From NCBI GenBank assembly GCA_027021705.1, contig JALUTT010000003.1:1-64000 (forward strand): 64,000 nt of DNA, read 5' to 3'. The stretch's first letter is position 1. Each line of letters opens with the position of its first letter. Positions 1 through 12,663 of the stretch are shown piece after piece. Below the pieces are notes generated by a model. The model had not been told where the DNA came from. It searched no databases and saw only the letters and a list, made by a program, of their open reading frames with translations. Position numbers and translations under genes: made by a program. The DNA comes from Anaerolineae bacterium (GTDB lineage: Bacteria > Chloroflexota > Anaerolineae > S140-20).

Positions 1-2
1 AG

Positions 3-2936
<2,934 letters not shown>

Positions 2937-2956
2937 CGGCCCGGCGCCCCGGCGAC

Positions 2957-3185
2957 TCTGCATCTCTGCATCTCTGCGTCTCTCGCGCCTCCGCGTCTCT
3001 GCGTTTCAGCGTCTCTGCGTTTCAGCGTCTCTGCGTTTCAGCGTCTCTGCACCTCCGCGTCTCTGCGTTTCAGCGTCTCTGCGTTTCAGCGTCTCCGCGT
3101 TTCAGCGTCTCTGCACCTCCGCGTCTCTCGCGCCTCCGCGCCTCTGCGTTTCAGCGTCTCTGCGTTTCAGCGTCTCTGCGTTTCA
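2957..3185. repeat. Intergenic octamer tandem array (GCGTCTCT / GCGTTTCA / GCACCTCC units)
   Basis: Directly visible 8-bp periodicity between two convergent genes. Confidence 0.95.
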
Positions 3186-3271
3186 CCCCCTGCCAAAGGG
3201 CAGGACGGAGGCCGGACGAAGGGTTGGTGGGATCGGTGCGGGAGGCGTTGGGGAGGTGAGCGCCCCCCGCC

Positions 3272-4804
3272 TCAATGGCGGAAGTGGCGCACCCCGGTGA
3301 AGACCATCGCCAGCCCCAGCCGGTCGGCCGCCGCCACAACCGCCTCGTCGCGCACGGAGCCGCCCGGCTGGACGACGGCGGTGACGCCGGCCTCGGCCGC
3401 CACCTCCACGCCGTCGGGAAAGGGGAAGAAGGCGTCAGAGGCCATCACCGCCCCCCGCGCCCGGTCGCCGGCCTTGGCCGCCGCCAGCCGCACCGCGTCC
3501 ACCCGGCTGGGCAGCCCCCCCCCGATCCCCACCGTCGCCCGCCCCCGGGCCAGGACGATGGCGTTGGACTTGACGTGCTGCACCGCCACCCAGGCGAAGC
3601 GAAGGGCCTCCCACTCCTCCGGCGTCGGCTCTCGCCGGGTGACCACCCGCCAGGCCGTTCCCTCGGGATCCCCCCGGTCGGGGACCTGGAGCAGGAACCC
3701 GCCCTGCACGGTGCGAAGCTCCCAGGGCGGGGGCTCCGCCTCCGCCACCTGCACCAGCCGGCAGGAGGGCTTGTGGGCCGCCAGCCACTCCCGGGCCGCC
3801 CGGTCGAAGGCCGGCGCGACGATGGCCTCGACGAACTGCTTGCCGATGGCCTCGACCAGGGGGAGGGTGACGGGCCGGTTGACGGCGATGACGCCCCCGA
3901 AGGCGGAGAGGGGGTCGCTCGCCAGGGCCAGGGGGTAGGCCGCCTCGGGGCTCTCGGCGCTGGCGATGCCGCAGGGGGAGAGGTGCTTGACGATGACGAC
4001 GGTGGGCGCGGGGAAGCCGACGGCAGCCCGCCAGGCGGCGTCCAGGTCCAGCAGGTTGTTGTAGGAGAGGGGCTTCCCCTGGAGCAGCCGGCCCCCCAAC
4101 GGCCCCCGGTCGGGCCGGGGGGCGTAGAGGGCGGCGGCCTGGTGGGGGTTCTCGCCGTAGCGCAGCGCCCGGACCCGGTGGAGGGTGAGGGTGAGGCGGG
4201 AGGGGAAGGGGGCCGGCGTCGCCTCCCCTTCGGAGGCGGCCAGGAGGGCTTCGATGGCCGCGTCGTAGTCGCGGGTGTGGGCGAAGGCCTTGGCGGCCAG
4301 CCGGCGGCGGGTCGCCGGGGAGACCTCCCCCCGGGCCTCCAGCTCGGCCAGGACCGGGGCGTAGTCCGCCGGGTCGCAGAGGACGGTCACCCGGGCGAAG
4401 TTCTTGGCCGCCGCCCGGAGCAGGGCGACGCCGCCGATGTCTATCTGCTCCACCGCCTCCTCCACCGTCACGCCGGGCCGGGCGACGGTCTCCCGGAAGG
4501 GGTAGAAGTTGACGGCGACCAGGTCAATGGGCGCGATGCCGTGGGCGGCCAGTTCGGCCCGGTCGGCTGCGCCGGGGCGGGCCAGGATCGCGCCGTGGAT
4601 CGCCGGGTGCAAGGTCTTGACCCGCCCGCCCAGCATCTCGGGGAAGCCGGTGAGTTGGGCCACGTCGGTGACGGGGAGGCCGGCTTTCCGCAGGGCGCGG
4701 GCCGTGCCGCCGCTGGCGACCAGCTCCCAGCCCATCGCCGCCAGCCGGCCGGCGAAGGCGTCCAATCCTGTCTTGTCGTAGAGGGAGAAGAGGGCACGGG
4801 GCAT
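3272..4804 (-). CDS. purH: Bifunctional AICAR formyltransferase / IMP cyclohydrolase
   Basis: MPRALFSLYDK start after AAGGAG RBS. Motifs GRVKTLHP, IDIGG, LRYGENPHQ, SDAFFPF, TGVRHFRH. Confidence 0.97.
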   Translation of the reverse strand: MPRALFSLYDKTGLDAFAGRLAAMGWELVASGGTARALRKAGLPVTDVAQLTGFPEMLGGRVKTLHPAIHGAILARPGAADRAELAAHGIAPIDLVAVNFYPFRETVARPGVTVEEAVEQIDIGGVALLRAAAKNFARVTVLCDPADYAPVLAELEARGEVSPATRRRLAAKAFAHTRDYDAAIEALLAASEGEATPAPFPSRLTLTLHRVRALRYGENPHQAAALYAPRPDRGPLGGRLLQGKPLSYNNLLDLDAAWRAAVGFPAPTVVIVKHLSPCGIASAESPEAAYPLALASDPLSAFGGVIAVNRPVTLPLVEAIGKQFVEAIVAPAFDRAAREWLAAHKPSCRLVQVAEAEPPPWELRTVQGGFLLQVPDRGDPEGTAWRVVTRREPTPEEWEALRFAWVAVQHVKSNAIVLARGRATVGIGGGLPSRVDAVRLAAAKAGDRARGAVMASDAFFPFPDGVEVAAEAGVTAVVQPGGSVRDEAVVAAADRLGLAMVFTGVRHFRH

Positions 4805-4821
4805 GGGCACACTCCTTTGTG

Positions 4822-4861
4822 GCAAGTTGCAAGTTGCAAGTTGCAAGTTGCAAGTTGCAAG
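4822..4861. repeat. Heptamer tandem repeat (GCAAGTT) x~6 just upstream of the purH RBS
   Basis: Seen directly. Confidence 0.95.
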
Positions 4862-4996
4862 CGTGTCGGACTGCTGCCCTCGGGAAGGCACCGAGGGAGG
4901 TGGATGGTGGATGGAAGGCTGCTGAAGTGGACAGAGCGCTCCTCTTTGATAGCGTATGAGGTGACGTCCCACACACGCCAGGAGCGCTCCCTATGA

Positions 4997-5025
4997 AGGG
5001 TACCACAAAACCGCGTCGGTGGCAA
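4997..5025 (-). promoter_or_regulatory. Putative sigma70 promoter of purH
   Basis: Minus strand TTGCCA-17 bp-TACCCT with an extended -10 TG. Confidence 0.55.
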
Positions 5026-5037
5026 ACGAGCGATCCG

Positions 5038-5115
5038 CGGTGATTACCCACAAGTGAGCGAGAGAGTGGTCCGTAGCAGGCCGCCCACGAATTTCCCACA
5101 AATGTACGAATGAGG
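5038..5115. mobile_element. Partial (left-half) copy of MITE-like palindromic element
   Basis: About 78 bp nearly identical to 44207-44284, starting CGGTGATTACCCACAAGTGAGCGAGAG. The right terminal inverted repeat is missing. Confidence 0.65.
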
Positions 5116-5552
5116 CGGCATCGTCTCCAAAGCCTCAATGTACTGCGACATCCCACGCTCTCGCAACGCGGACGACGTGCTCTCCATCCGGGTGCTCCGT
5201 TTCAACACCTTCTAACACCACGGAAGCCATCGAGGGTGCCCCTTGGTGAGCGCCCGCCCAGCCGATTCTGACCCTATCCCTCCGATTTGAATTCCTCGCA
5301 CTTCCATGGTAAGATTCCCCCGCAGCTTGAACGTGAAATACGACACACAGCAACGTGACACCGGCCCTGCCCAAGACCGGGCTGCACCGGGTGGCCGGCG
5401 ATCTCTACCTGGCCGACATCGGCATCCCGCCAACCCTCTACCGTCGGCTTGCGATTCCCTTCGATCCTCCCTTTGGGGACCGCTACTGGGTGCGTCTGTT
5501 GAAAGGGCCCTGATCGTGGGCCACCATGCGGAATGGCTTGGAGAGGAACCCT

Positions 5553-6644
5553 ATGACATCGCTACAAGATCTGGTCCAACAGGGCCAATCGGTCTGGCTG
5601 GACTACATCCGCCGTGATCTGATCACCAGCGGGGAGCTGCAGCACCTGGTCTCGCAGGGGGTGAGCGGCCTCACCAGCAACCCGACCATCTTCCAGAAGG
5701 CCATCGCCGGCAGCGCCGACTACAATGCCTCCCTGCACCGCCTCTTGGAGACCGATCCTCGCGCCGACGTCACCGCCCTCTACGAAGCGCTCGCCTTCGA
5801 GGACATTCGCCTGGCCGCCGACATCCTCCGCCCCGTCTACGAGGCCACCGATGGGGCCGACGGCTTCGTCTCCCTGGAGGTCTCACCCCACCTGGCCCAC
5901 GACACGGCGGGCACCATCGCCGAGGCACGCCGCCTCTGGCAGGCCGTGGACCGCCCTAACCTGATGATCAAGGTCCCGGCCACTCCAGAGGGCATCCCGG
6001 CCATCGAAGCCCTCATCGCCGAGGGGATCCACGTCAACGTCACCCTCATCTTCGCCCTGGCTCACTACGAGGCCGCGGCCCACGCCTACATCCGGGGTCT
6101 GGAGCGGGCCCCGGCCCCCCGTCGCGCCGCCTCTGTGGCCTCCTTCTTCGTCAGCCGGGTGGACACCGCCGTGGACCGGGCCCTAGAGGCCATCGGCACG
6201 CCGGAGGCCCTGGCCCTGCGGGGCCGGACCGCCGTCGCCAACGCCAAGGTCGCCTACCGCCGCTTCCAGGAGATCTTCGGCGGGGAGTCCTTCGCCGCCT
6301 TGCGTCGGCAAGGCGCTCGGGTACAGCGTCCCCTCTGGGCTAGCACCAGCACCAAGAACCCCGCCTACTCCGACGTGCTCTACGTTGAGGAGTTGATCGG
6401 CCCCGACACGGTGAACACCCTTCCGCCCCACACCTTGGAGGCTTTTCTCGACCACGGTCAGGTCCGGGGGAATACCGTTCAAGAGGGGGTGGATGAGGCG
6501 GAGGCCACCCTGGCCCGTCTGGCGGACCTGGGCGTGGACCTGGGGGCGATCACGGAGCAGTTGCAGGTAGAGGGTGTGGCTGCCTTCGCCGCCTCCTACG
6601 ACCGGCTGCTGGCAACTTTGGAAGAAAAACGCGGCTCGCTATAG
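5553..6644 (+). CDS. tal: Transaldolase
   Basis: [47 protein letters not shown] before the ATG at 5553. Confidence 0.96.
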   Translation: MTSLQDLVQQGQSVWLDYIRRDLITSGELQHLVSQGVSGLTSNPTIFQKAIAGSADYNASLHRLLETDPRADVTALYEALAFEDIRLAADILRPVYEATDGADGFVSLEVSPHLAHDTAGTIAEARRLWQAVDRPNLMIKVPATPEGIPAIEALIAEGIHVNVTLIFALAHYEAAAHAYIRGLERAPAPRRAASVASFFVSRVDTAVDRALEAIGTPEALALRGRTAVANAKVAYRRFQEIFGGESFAALRRQGARVQRPLWASTSTKNPAYSDVLYVEELIGPDTVNTLPPHTLEAFLDHGQVRGNTVQEGVDEAEATLARLADLGVDLGAITEQLQVEGVAAFAASYDRLLATLEEKRGSL

Positions 6645-6648
6645 GACG

Positions 6649-7407
6649 ATGAGGCACCCTTCAATCCAAGTCCATCCTGATACCGAAAGCCTGGCGCGGG
6701 TGGCTGCTGAGCAGTTCGTCGCCCTGGCCCAGGAGGCGATCACCCGGCGGGGCCGCTTCAGCGTAGCCCTGGCCGGCGGCTCCACCCCCCGACGCACCTA
6801 CGAGCGGCTGAGCGACGAGCCCTTCGCCTCGCAGGTGGACTGGACCCGCGTCCACGTCTTCTGGGGCGACGAGCGCTGCGTCCCGCCGGACCACCCCGAG
6901 AGCAACTACCGGATGGCCCGCGAGACCCTGCTCGACCGCCTGACCATCCCGGCGTCCAACCTGCACCGCATCCCCTGCGAGCAGGCCCCGGAGCAGGCTG
7001 CCGCCGCCTACGAGGCCACGCTGCGGGCTTTCTTCGCCGAGGGCAAGACGCCATCCGAGGGAGCCCCCATCCCCCGCTTCGACCTCATCCTGCTGGGGAT
7101 GGGAGAGGATGGACACACCGCCTCCCTCTTCCCGGGGACGGCGGCGCTCCACGAAGAGGAGCGATGGGTCGTGGCAACCTACGTGGAAAAGTTGGGGGCC
7201 TGGCGTGTGACGCTGACGCCCGTCGTCCTCAACGCCGCTGCTTATGTCACCTTCCTCGTCGCCGGCAAGCACAAGGCTCAACGGCTGCGGGAGGTGCTGA
7301 TGGGGCCGTACCAACCCGACCGCCTGCCCGCCCAGATCGTCCGGCCCCATCGCGGCCACCTGACATGGCTACTAAGTGTGGAAGCAGCCCGTTTGGTTCA
7401 AGTATAG
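6649..7407 (+). CDS. pgl: 6-phosphogluconolactonase
   Basis: ALAGGSTP, FWGDERCVP, LLGMGEDGHTASLFP. Lies between tal and zwf. Confidence 0.96.
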   Translation: MRHPSIQVHPDTESLARVAAEQFVALAQEAITRRGRFSVALAGGSTPRRTYERLSDEPFASQVDWTRVHVFWGDERCVPPDHPESNYRMARETLLDRLTIPASNLHRIPCEQAPEQAAAAYEATLRAFFAEGKTPSEGAPIPRFDLILLGMGEDGHTASLFPGTAALHEEERWVVATYVEKLGAWRVTLTPVVLNAAAYVTFLVAGKHKAQRLREVLMGPYQPDRLPAQIVRPHRGHLTWLLSVEAARLVQV

Positions 7408-7505
7408 ACATCCTCATCGGGATGATCCCAAACACGGGCCAAGGAGGCTTGGGAGATTTCGTACCAATCGGACGGTGCAATTTCTGATGGTTTTTCGCAA
7501 GAGAG

Positions 7506-8972
7506 ATGACGATGGCCGGCATCCCTGTAGAACCCCACCTCTTCGTCGTGATGGGCGGGACGGGCGACCTGATGCGTCGCAAGCTGCTCCCGGCCCTCCA
7601 CCGGCTGAGCGCCCAAGAGGTCCTCGAGGGCCGCTGCCGCATCCTCGGCGTGGCCCGCAACACCCAACTGGACGACCGGAGCTTCCGAGCCCTGGCCCGC
7701 GAGGCCCTGACCGAGGCCGGGTTGCTCACCGACGAGCGGTCGCCCCACTGGTGCGAGGAATGCCTGTACTATCAGCCCATCGGCAAAGGGCGGCCCGAGG
7801 ACTACGAGGCCCTGGCCGCCCGCGTCGTCGCCTTGGAACGGGAGCACAACCTGCCCGGCAATCGGGTCCTCTACCTGGCCCTGCCCCCCGTCGCCTTCCC
7901 CTCTACCATCGAGGGGCTCGGTCGGGCCGGACTGAACCGAGGGCCCGGCTGGACCCGGCTGGTCGTGGAAAAGCCCTTCGGACGCGACCTGGTCTCCGCC
8001 CAGGACCTGAACCACCTCATTCACCGCTACTTCGACGAGTCCCAGGTCTACCGCATTGACCACTACTTGGGCAAGGAGACGGTGCAGAACCTCCTCGTCT
8101 TCCGCTTCGCCAACGCCATCTTCGAGTCCCTCTGGAACCGAGACCGGGTGGAGAGCGTTCAGATCACCGTGGCTGAGCGGCTAGGGGTGGGGGATCGGGC
8201 CGGTTATTACGAACACGCCGGTGCCCTGCGCGATATGGTCCAGAACCACCTCACCCAGTTGCTCGCGCTGACGGCGATGGAAGTGCCGGCCGCCTTCGAC
8301 GCCGACGCCATCCGCTACGAGAAGGTCAAGGTGCTCCGTTCCATCGCCCCCATCCATCCCGACAACGTCATCTTCGGTCAGTACACCCGGGGCCGGGTCG
8401 GGGACCAGGAGGTGGCCGGCTACCGGGAGGAGCCGGGTGTCGCCCCTGACTCCCAGACGGAGACCTTCGTGGCCATGCGGCTGGAGATCGCCAACTGGCG
8501 TTGGCAGGGGGTTCCCTTCTACCTGCGTACCGGGAAACGGCTGCCCCGGCGGAGCACCCAGATCGTCGTCACCTTCCGCCACCCCCCCGTCTCGCTCTTT
8601 CAGCCCTTCGAGCGGTGCGAGATGCATCCCAATGTCCTGGTCATCACCCTGCAGCCCGATGAAGGGTTCGACCTCTTCTTCGAGGTCAAGGCTCCCGGCG
8701 AGCCCATCTCCGTGCAGACCCACCGCCTGCGCTTTCGCTACGATGAAGCCTTCGGCCCCCTGCCCGACGCCTACGAGACGCTGCTGTTGGACATCCTCAC
8801 CGGGGATCAGACCCTCTTCGTGCGGGCCGATGAGGTCGAAGCTTCCTGGAAGCTCTACACCCCGCTTCTGGAACGGCGTCCTCCGGTGCACCCCTACTGG
8901 GCAGGCACCTGGGGACCGCCCGCGGCCGATCAGCTCCTGACGCAGTGGGGCCACCAGTGGTGGACTCCCTAG
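7506..8972 (+). CDS. zwf: Glucose-6-phosphate 1-dehydrogenase
   Basis: [41 protein letters not shown]. Confidence 0.97.
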   Translation: MTMAGIPVEPHLFVVMGGTGDLMRRKLLPALHRLSAQEVLEGRCRILGVARNTQLDDRSFRALAREALTEAGLLTDERSPHWCEECLYYQPIGKGRPEDYEALAARVVALEREHNLPGNRVLYLALPPVAFPSTIEGLGRAGLNRGPGWTRLVVEKPFGRDLVSAQDLNHLIHRYFDESQVYRIDHYLGKETVQNLLVFRFANAIFESLWNRDRVESVQITVAERLGVGDRAGYYEHAGALRDMVQNHLTQLLALTAMEVPAAFDADAIRYEKVKVLRSIAPIHPDNVIFGQYTRGRVGDQEVAGYREEPGVAPDSQTETFVAMRLEIANWRWQGVPFYLRTGKRLPRRSTQIVVTFRHPPVSLFQPFERCEMHPNVLVITLQPDEGFDLFFEVKAPGEPISVQTHRLRFRYDEAFGPLPDAYETLLLDILTGDQTLFVRADEVEASWKLYTPLLERRPPVHPYWAGTWGPPAADQLLTQWGHQWWTP

Positions 8973-8993
8973 CATCTCTTGGCGAGGACAGCG

Positions 8994-11231
8994 ATGAGGC
9001 TGCGATACAAATTCACCCTCTTCTTCCTCGTCATCGTCCTGGGACCGATCATCGGGTTGGGATTGATGACCACCCGCCTGATCGGCCAGGCGATGGTCCA
9101 TAGCGCCCGAGAGACCCTGGAACACGATATGCAGATGGCCTGGGCCGAATACTGGAGCCGGGGCCAGCAGATGCGGATGGGGATGCTCCAGGCCGCTGTC
9201 GAGCCGTCCATCCAGGAGATGGTCCGTCAGCGGGATAGCGAGGCCCTGCGCCGCCTGATGCGAGCCTGGAAGACCCATCGCCCCTACGTGGACCTGTGGC
9301 TCGTCACCGATCCCACGGGCCGGGTGATCGCCCGGCTCAACAGTGATCGGGCCGGCGACCACTTCCCCCTCAACGACCTGATCGCAACCGCCACAGAACG
9401 GCGGGAGGCCATCCTCTCCAGCGAAATCCTCCCCTCCGAGTTCCTGGCAGAGGAGGGACTGGCAGTGCCCAATGCCCAGGCCGGGTTGGCCGTGATCGTG
9501 ACGACGCCGGTCCTGTGCGATGGCTCGGTCTGCGGCCTCATCATCACCGGTGACCTGCTGCACAACGATCCCTATGTGCCCAACGCACTACAGCAGAAGC
9601 TGCACGGTCATCAGCAGCACACCGTGGCCGGTGCAGACCTTCACCGCCCCCTCATTTTCATCAGCAGTGGCGAGACCATCGTCACCACCTCCCTCCAGCC
9701 CTCATCGGGAGTCCCCTCGATGAGCGCACTGATGCCCGAAGAGGTCTCGGCCCAGACGGCAGGGGGCCTTCCCTACCGAGGCAAGACCACCATCCGGGGC
9801 ATCCCCTACCTGCTGGCCGTGGATCCGATCCGCAACGACAGCGGCCAGGTGATCGGCACCCTGAGCATCGGCCTGCCGGAACAGCTCTTCCGAGGACTCC
9901 GCGGTGAGGCCATCCGAGCGGTCATCGCCAGCCTGCTCCTGGGGGCCGTCCTGGCAGCGGTGGTCGCGATGCTCCTGGGAGCCCGAATGGCCTACCCGCT
10001 CCGGGAACTGGCCACCAAGGCTCAGGCCGTCGCCGCCGGCAACCTGGACGTCCAGGTCCCCGTACAAGGCACCGACGAGATCGGCGAACTGGGCCGCGCC
10101 TTCAACCGGATGGTCCAAGAGCTGCGGACCTCCTACGGTCGGCTCGCCGAGGAGCAGAGCAAGGTGATCGCGGCCATCGAGGCATCCCAAGACGCCATCT
10201 GGATTAGCGACGCCGACCAGCGCCTGGTGACGGTGAACTCAGCGCTAGAACGGCTGGTCGGGCAGCGGCGGGCGGACCTGCTGGGCCAGACCTGCCGCCA
10301 CCGCTTCAACGTGCGCACCCACGACGGGGCATCCATCTGCGACACCTCCTGTCCCTTTCTGAACCCCACCAGGCGGCAGGGGAAGGTGGAGGGATGTATC
10401 CCCACCGCCTCGGGCCAAGACGCCTGGGTGGAGATCAGCTATGGCCACATCACCAACACCGACGGAGAACTGGTCGGCGTGGTTCACATCGTCCACGACC
10501 TGACCGAGCGCAAAGAGGTCGAGCGGTTAAAGGACGAGTTCATATCCATGGTCTCCCACGAGCTGCGCACCCCCCTCCATCACATTAAGGGGTTTGCCAC
10601 CACCCTCCTCCAGACCGACGTGGAGTGGGATGCCGCCACCCAACGGGACTTTCTGGAGAGCATCAACCGGGAGGCCGACCGGTTGTCCAACCTGGTGGGG
10701 AAGATCCTCCACCTCTCCCGCTTGGAGGCCGACGGCCTGCCGATGGAAAGAGAGTGGTGTCTGGTCAACGACCTGATGGACAGGGTCCTGCGGCGGCGGC
10801 GCAACCTGATCGCCGACCGCCCCGTGCACCTGCACCTGGAACCCGACCTGCCGGCCCTCTACGTGGACGAGCGGGAGATCGAAGTCGTCCTGATCAACCT
10901 GATCGAAAACGCCGTCAAGTACTCCTTCCCCGGTACACCCATCACCCTGAGCGTGCATCGCCGCGCGGACCAAGTCATCTTCTCCGTCGCCGACCAGGGG
11001 ATCGGCATCCCTCCCGAACACCAGGAGCGCATCTTCGAGCGGTTCTACCGGGTGAACGGTGCGCGGCGTGTGGCGGGCACCGGGCTGGGGCTGGCCATCT
11101 GCAAGCGCATCGTCGAAGCCCACGGTGGCCGCATCTGGGTGGAGAGTAAGCCCGGTGTCGGGTCCTGCTTCCAGTTCAGCCTCCCCGTGCAGAGAGCCGA
11201 TGAAGAAAACGCGCATTCTCGTTGTGGATGA
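8994..11231 (+). CDS. Membrane sensor histidine kinase (Cache-like, HAMP, PAS, HisKA, HATPase)
   Basis: Two TM helices, HAMP DEIGELGRAFNRM, H-box SHELRTPL, N-box NLIENAVKYS, G-boxes DQGIGI and GTGLGL. Confidence 0.93.
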   Translation: MRLRYKFTLFFLVIVLGPIIGLGLMTTRLIGQAMVHSARETLEHDMQMAWAEYWSRGQQMRMGMLQAAVEPSIQEMVRQRDSEALRRLMRAWKTHRPYVDLWLVTDPTGRVIARLNSDRAGDHFPLNDLIATATERREAILSSEILPSEFLAEEGLAVPNAQAGLAVIVTTPVLCDGSVCGLIITGDLLHNDPYVPNALQQKLHGHQQHTVAGADLHRPLIFISSGETIVTTSLQPSSGVPSMSALMPEEVSAQTAGGLPYRGKTTIRGIPYLLAVDPIRNDSGQVIGTLSIGLPEQLFRGLRGEAIRAVIASLLLGAVLAAVVAMLLGARMAYPLRELATKAQAVAAGNLDVQVPVQGTDEIGELGRAFNRMVQELRTSYGRLAEEQSKVIAAIEASQDAIWISDADQRLVTVNSALERLVGQRRADLLGQTCRHRFNVRTHDGASICDTSCPFLNPTRRQGKVEGCIPTASGQDAWVEISYGHITNTDGELVGVVHIVHDLTERKEVERLKDEFISMVSHELRTPLHHIKGFATTLLQTDVEWDAATQRDFLESINREADRLSNLVGKILHLSRLEADGLPMEREWCLVNDLMDRVLRRRRNLIADRPVHLHLEPDLPALYVDEREIEVVLINLIENAVKYSFPGTPITLSVHRRADQVIFSVADQGIGIPPEHQERIFERFYRVNGARRVAGTGLGLAICKRIVEAHGGRIWVESKPGVGSCFQFSLPVQRADEENAHSRCG

Positions 11232-11889
11232 CGAGCCGGAAACGATCAAGTACCTGAGTGCCAACCTCCGGGCACGTGGCTACGAAGTGCTGACCGCCGA
11301 GGATGGGCGTACTGCCCTCCAGGTCTTCCAAGAGTCGGTCGTGGACCTGATCATCCTGGACATCATGATGCCGGGTCCCGACGGCTTCGAGGTCTGCCAG
11401 GCCATCCGCCGCCAATCCAACGTCCCCATCATTATGCTAAGTGCGCGAGGCCGGGAGAAGGACGTCGTTCGGGCTCTGGATCTGGGGGCCGATGACTACC
11501 TGACCAAGCCCTTCGGCGTGGAGGAGATGCTGGCCCGGGTGCGAGCCGTGCTGCGACGTGCCGTCCAGGCTCCGACAGCACCCCGCCCTCCCCTGACCAT
11601 TGGCGAACTGACCATTGACTTCGCCGCCCGTCGGGTGACGGTGAGTGGCCGGGAGATCCAACTGACCCCCACGGAGTACGATCTGCTGTCCCATCTCGCC
11701 CTCAACGCGGGACGGGTGCTCACCCACCGAGCCCTCTTGCAAGCGGTGTGGGGGCCTGAGTACGGCGATGAGACGGAATACCTGTGGACCTACATCCGGC
11801 GGCTGCGGCGCAAGATCGAGCCGGATCCTACCACCCCCCGCTACATCCTCACCCATCCGGGCGTCGGCTACTCCTTCGCCGATGCCTGA
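11200..11889 (+). CDS. OmpR/KdpE-family response regulator
   Basis: ILVVDDE, ILDIMMP, GADDYLTKPF, and a winged-helix LTPTEY...YIRRLRRKIE. Overlaps the kinase stop. Confidence 0.95.
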   Translation: MKKTRILVVDDEPETIKYLSANLRARGYEVLTAEDGRTALQVFQESVVDLIILDIMMPGPDGFEVCQAIRRQSNVPIIMLSARGREKDVVRALDLGADDYLTKPFGVEEMLARVRAVLRRAVQAPTAPRPPLTIGELTIDFAARRVTVSGREIQLTPTEYDLLSHLALNAGRVLTHRALLQAVWGPEYGDETEYLWTYIRRLRRKIEPDPTTPRYILTHPGVGYSFADA

Positions 11890-11922
11890 CCACTGGTTAA
11901 CGACCGCTGACCGCCGGCCTAC

Positions 11923-12025
11923 GACCTAGCGGCCTAGCGGCCTAGCGCCCCAGCGGCTTGGCGGCGGACTGAGGACCGAGGACTGCATACGACCGCCGAC
12001 CACCCGACCACCCGACCACCCAACC
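11923..12025. repeat. Composite octamer/heptamer intergenic repeat (CCTAGCGG, GAGGAC(C/T), CGACCACC)
   Basis: Seen directly. Shares units with 21440-21528 and 45571-45663. Confidence 0.85.
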
Positions 12026-12029
12026 GCTT

Positions 12030-12078
12030 TTCAGGATTTTTTCAGGTAACGAAGGCGGGGGTTCGGGTCGTGTTCAGG
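12030..12078 (+). promoter_or_regulatory. Candidate OmpR-type binding site: TTC(A/G)GG direct repeats at 11-bp phase
   Basis: TTCAGG at 12030, 12041 and 12073, TTCGGG at 12062, followed by a TGcTACCCT extended -10-like motif (12085-12093). Confidence 0.45.
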
Positions 12079-12177
12079 AGCTCCTGCTACCCTATAGGCG
12101 GAAGCTACCCCCATCTACCACCTCCTGCCCCCGTCTGCCGACATACCGGTAGCGCGGGCCACGCAGAAGGGGCCTCT

Positions 12178-12588
12178 ATGGCTGTGCCTGTTGTCTGGAT
12201 CGTGAGCGGTGACCCACAGATCCGCTGGTTGATCGAGCTTAACCTACGCGAGCGGGGAATCAGCGTCTGGGGAGCAGAGAGTATCGCTCAACTGCTGGCC
12301 TCAGCGCCAGAGCCCCAGCTAGTGGTGCTGGACCTGGACGACGACGAGGGGAGGTGGGTTATGGCAGAAGCCCTTCGCCGCCAACCCTGGGGACAGAGCG
12401 TGCCCCTCGTGGCGCTGCTCAACACCCCTCCCTCCTCGCGTCGCCTGGCAGCCCTGGAGCCGCTGGACTGGCTGGAGAAACCCTTCGCTATGGGGAACCT
12501 CCTGACCCTTGTGCGGAACGCTCTGGATCTGGAGCCCCCTGCCAACACCGCACCTCCACCAGTCCCCGGAGAGACTCACACCGTGTGA
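12178..12588 (+). CDS. Single-domain (atypical) response-regulator receiver protein
   Basis: VVWIVSGD...LVVLDL...WLEKPF receiver pattern with no output domain. Confidence 0.75.
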   Translation: MAVPVVWIVSGDPQIRWLIELNLRERGISVWGAESIAQLLASAPEPQLVVLDLDDDEGRWVMAEALRRQPWGQSVPLVALLNTPPSSRRLAALEPLDWLEKPFAMGNLLTLVRNALDLEPPANTAPPPVPGETHTV

Positions 12589-12663
12589 GTGACGGCTATG
12601 ATCCCATAGCCTCCAAGAGCCCACATCCGGCCTACATTAGGGAGAATAGGGAGGACAAAACCA

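Noticed and set aside
2957..3185. Possible CRISPR array
   Set aside because: Units are 8-16 bp, contiguous and have no unique spacers. No cas genes are in the window.
5135..5433. Short minus-strand ORFs, including a MASVVLEGVE... fragment resembling an ABC ATPase N-terminus
   Set aside because: Too short, no Walker motif and no clear RBS. It may be a remnant but cannot be supported.
8994..11889. kdpD/kdpE potassium-sensing system
   Set aside because: The regulator is KdpE-like, but the kinase lacks KdpD sensor/USP domains and no kdpABC genes are present.
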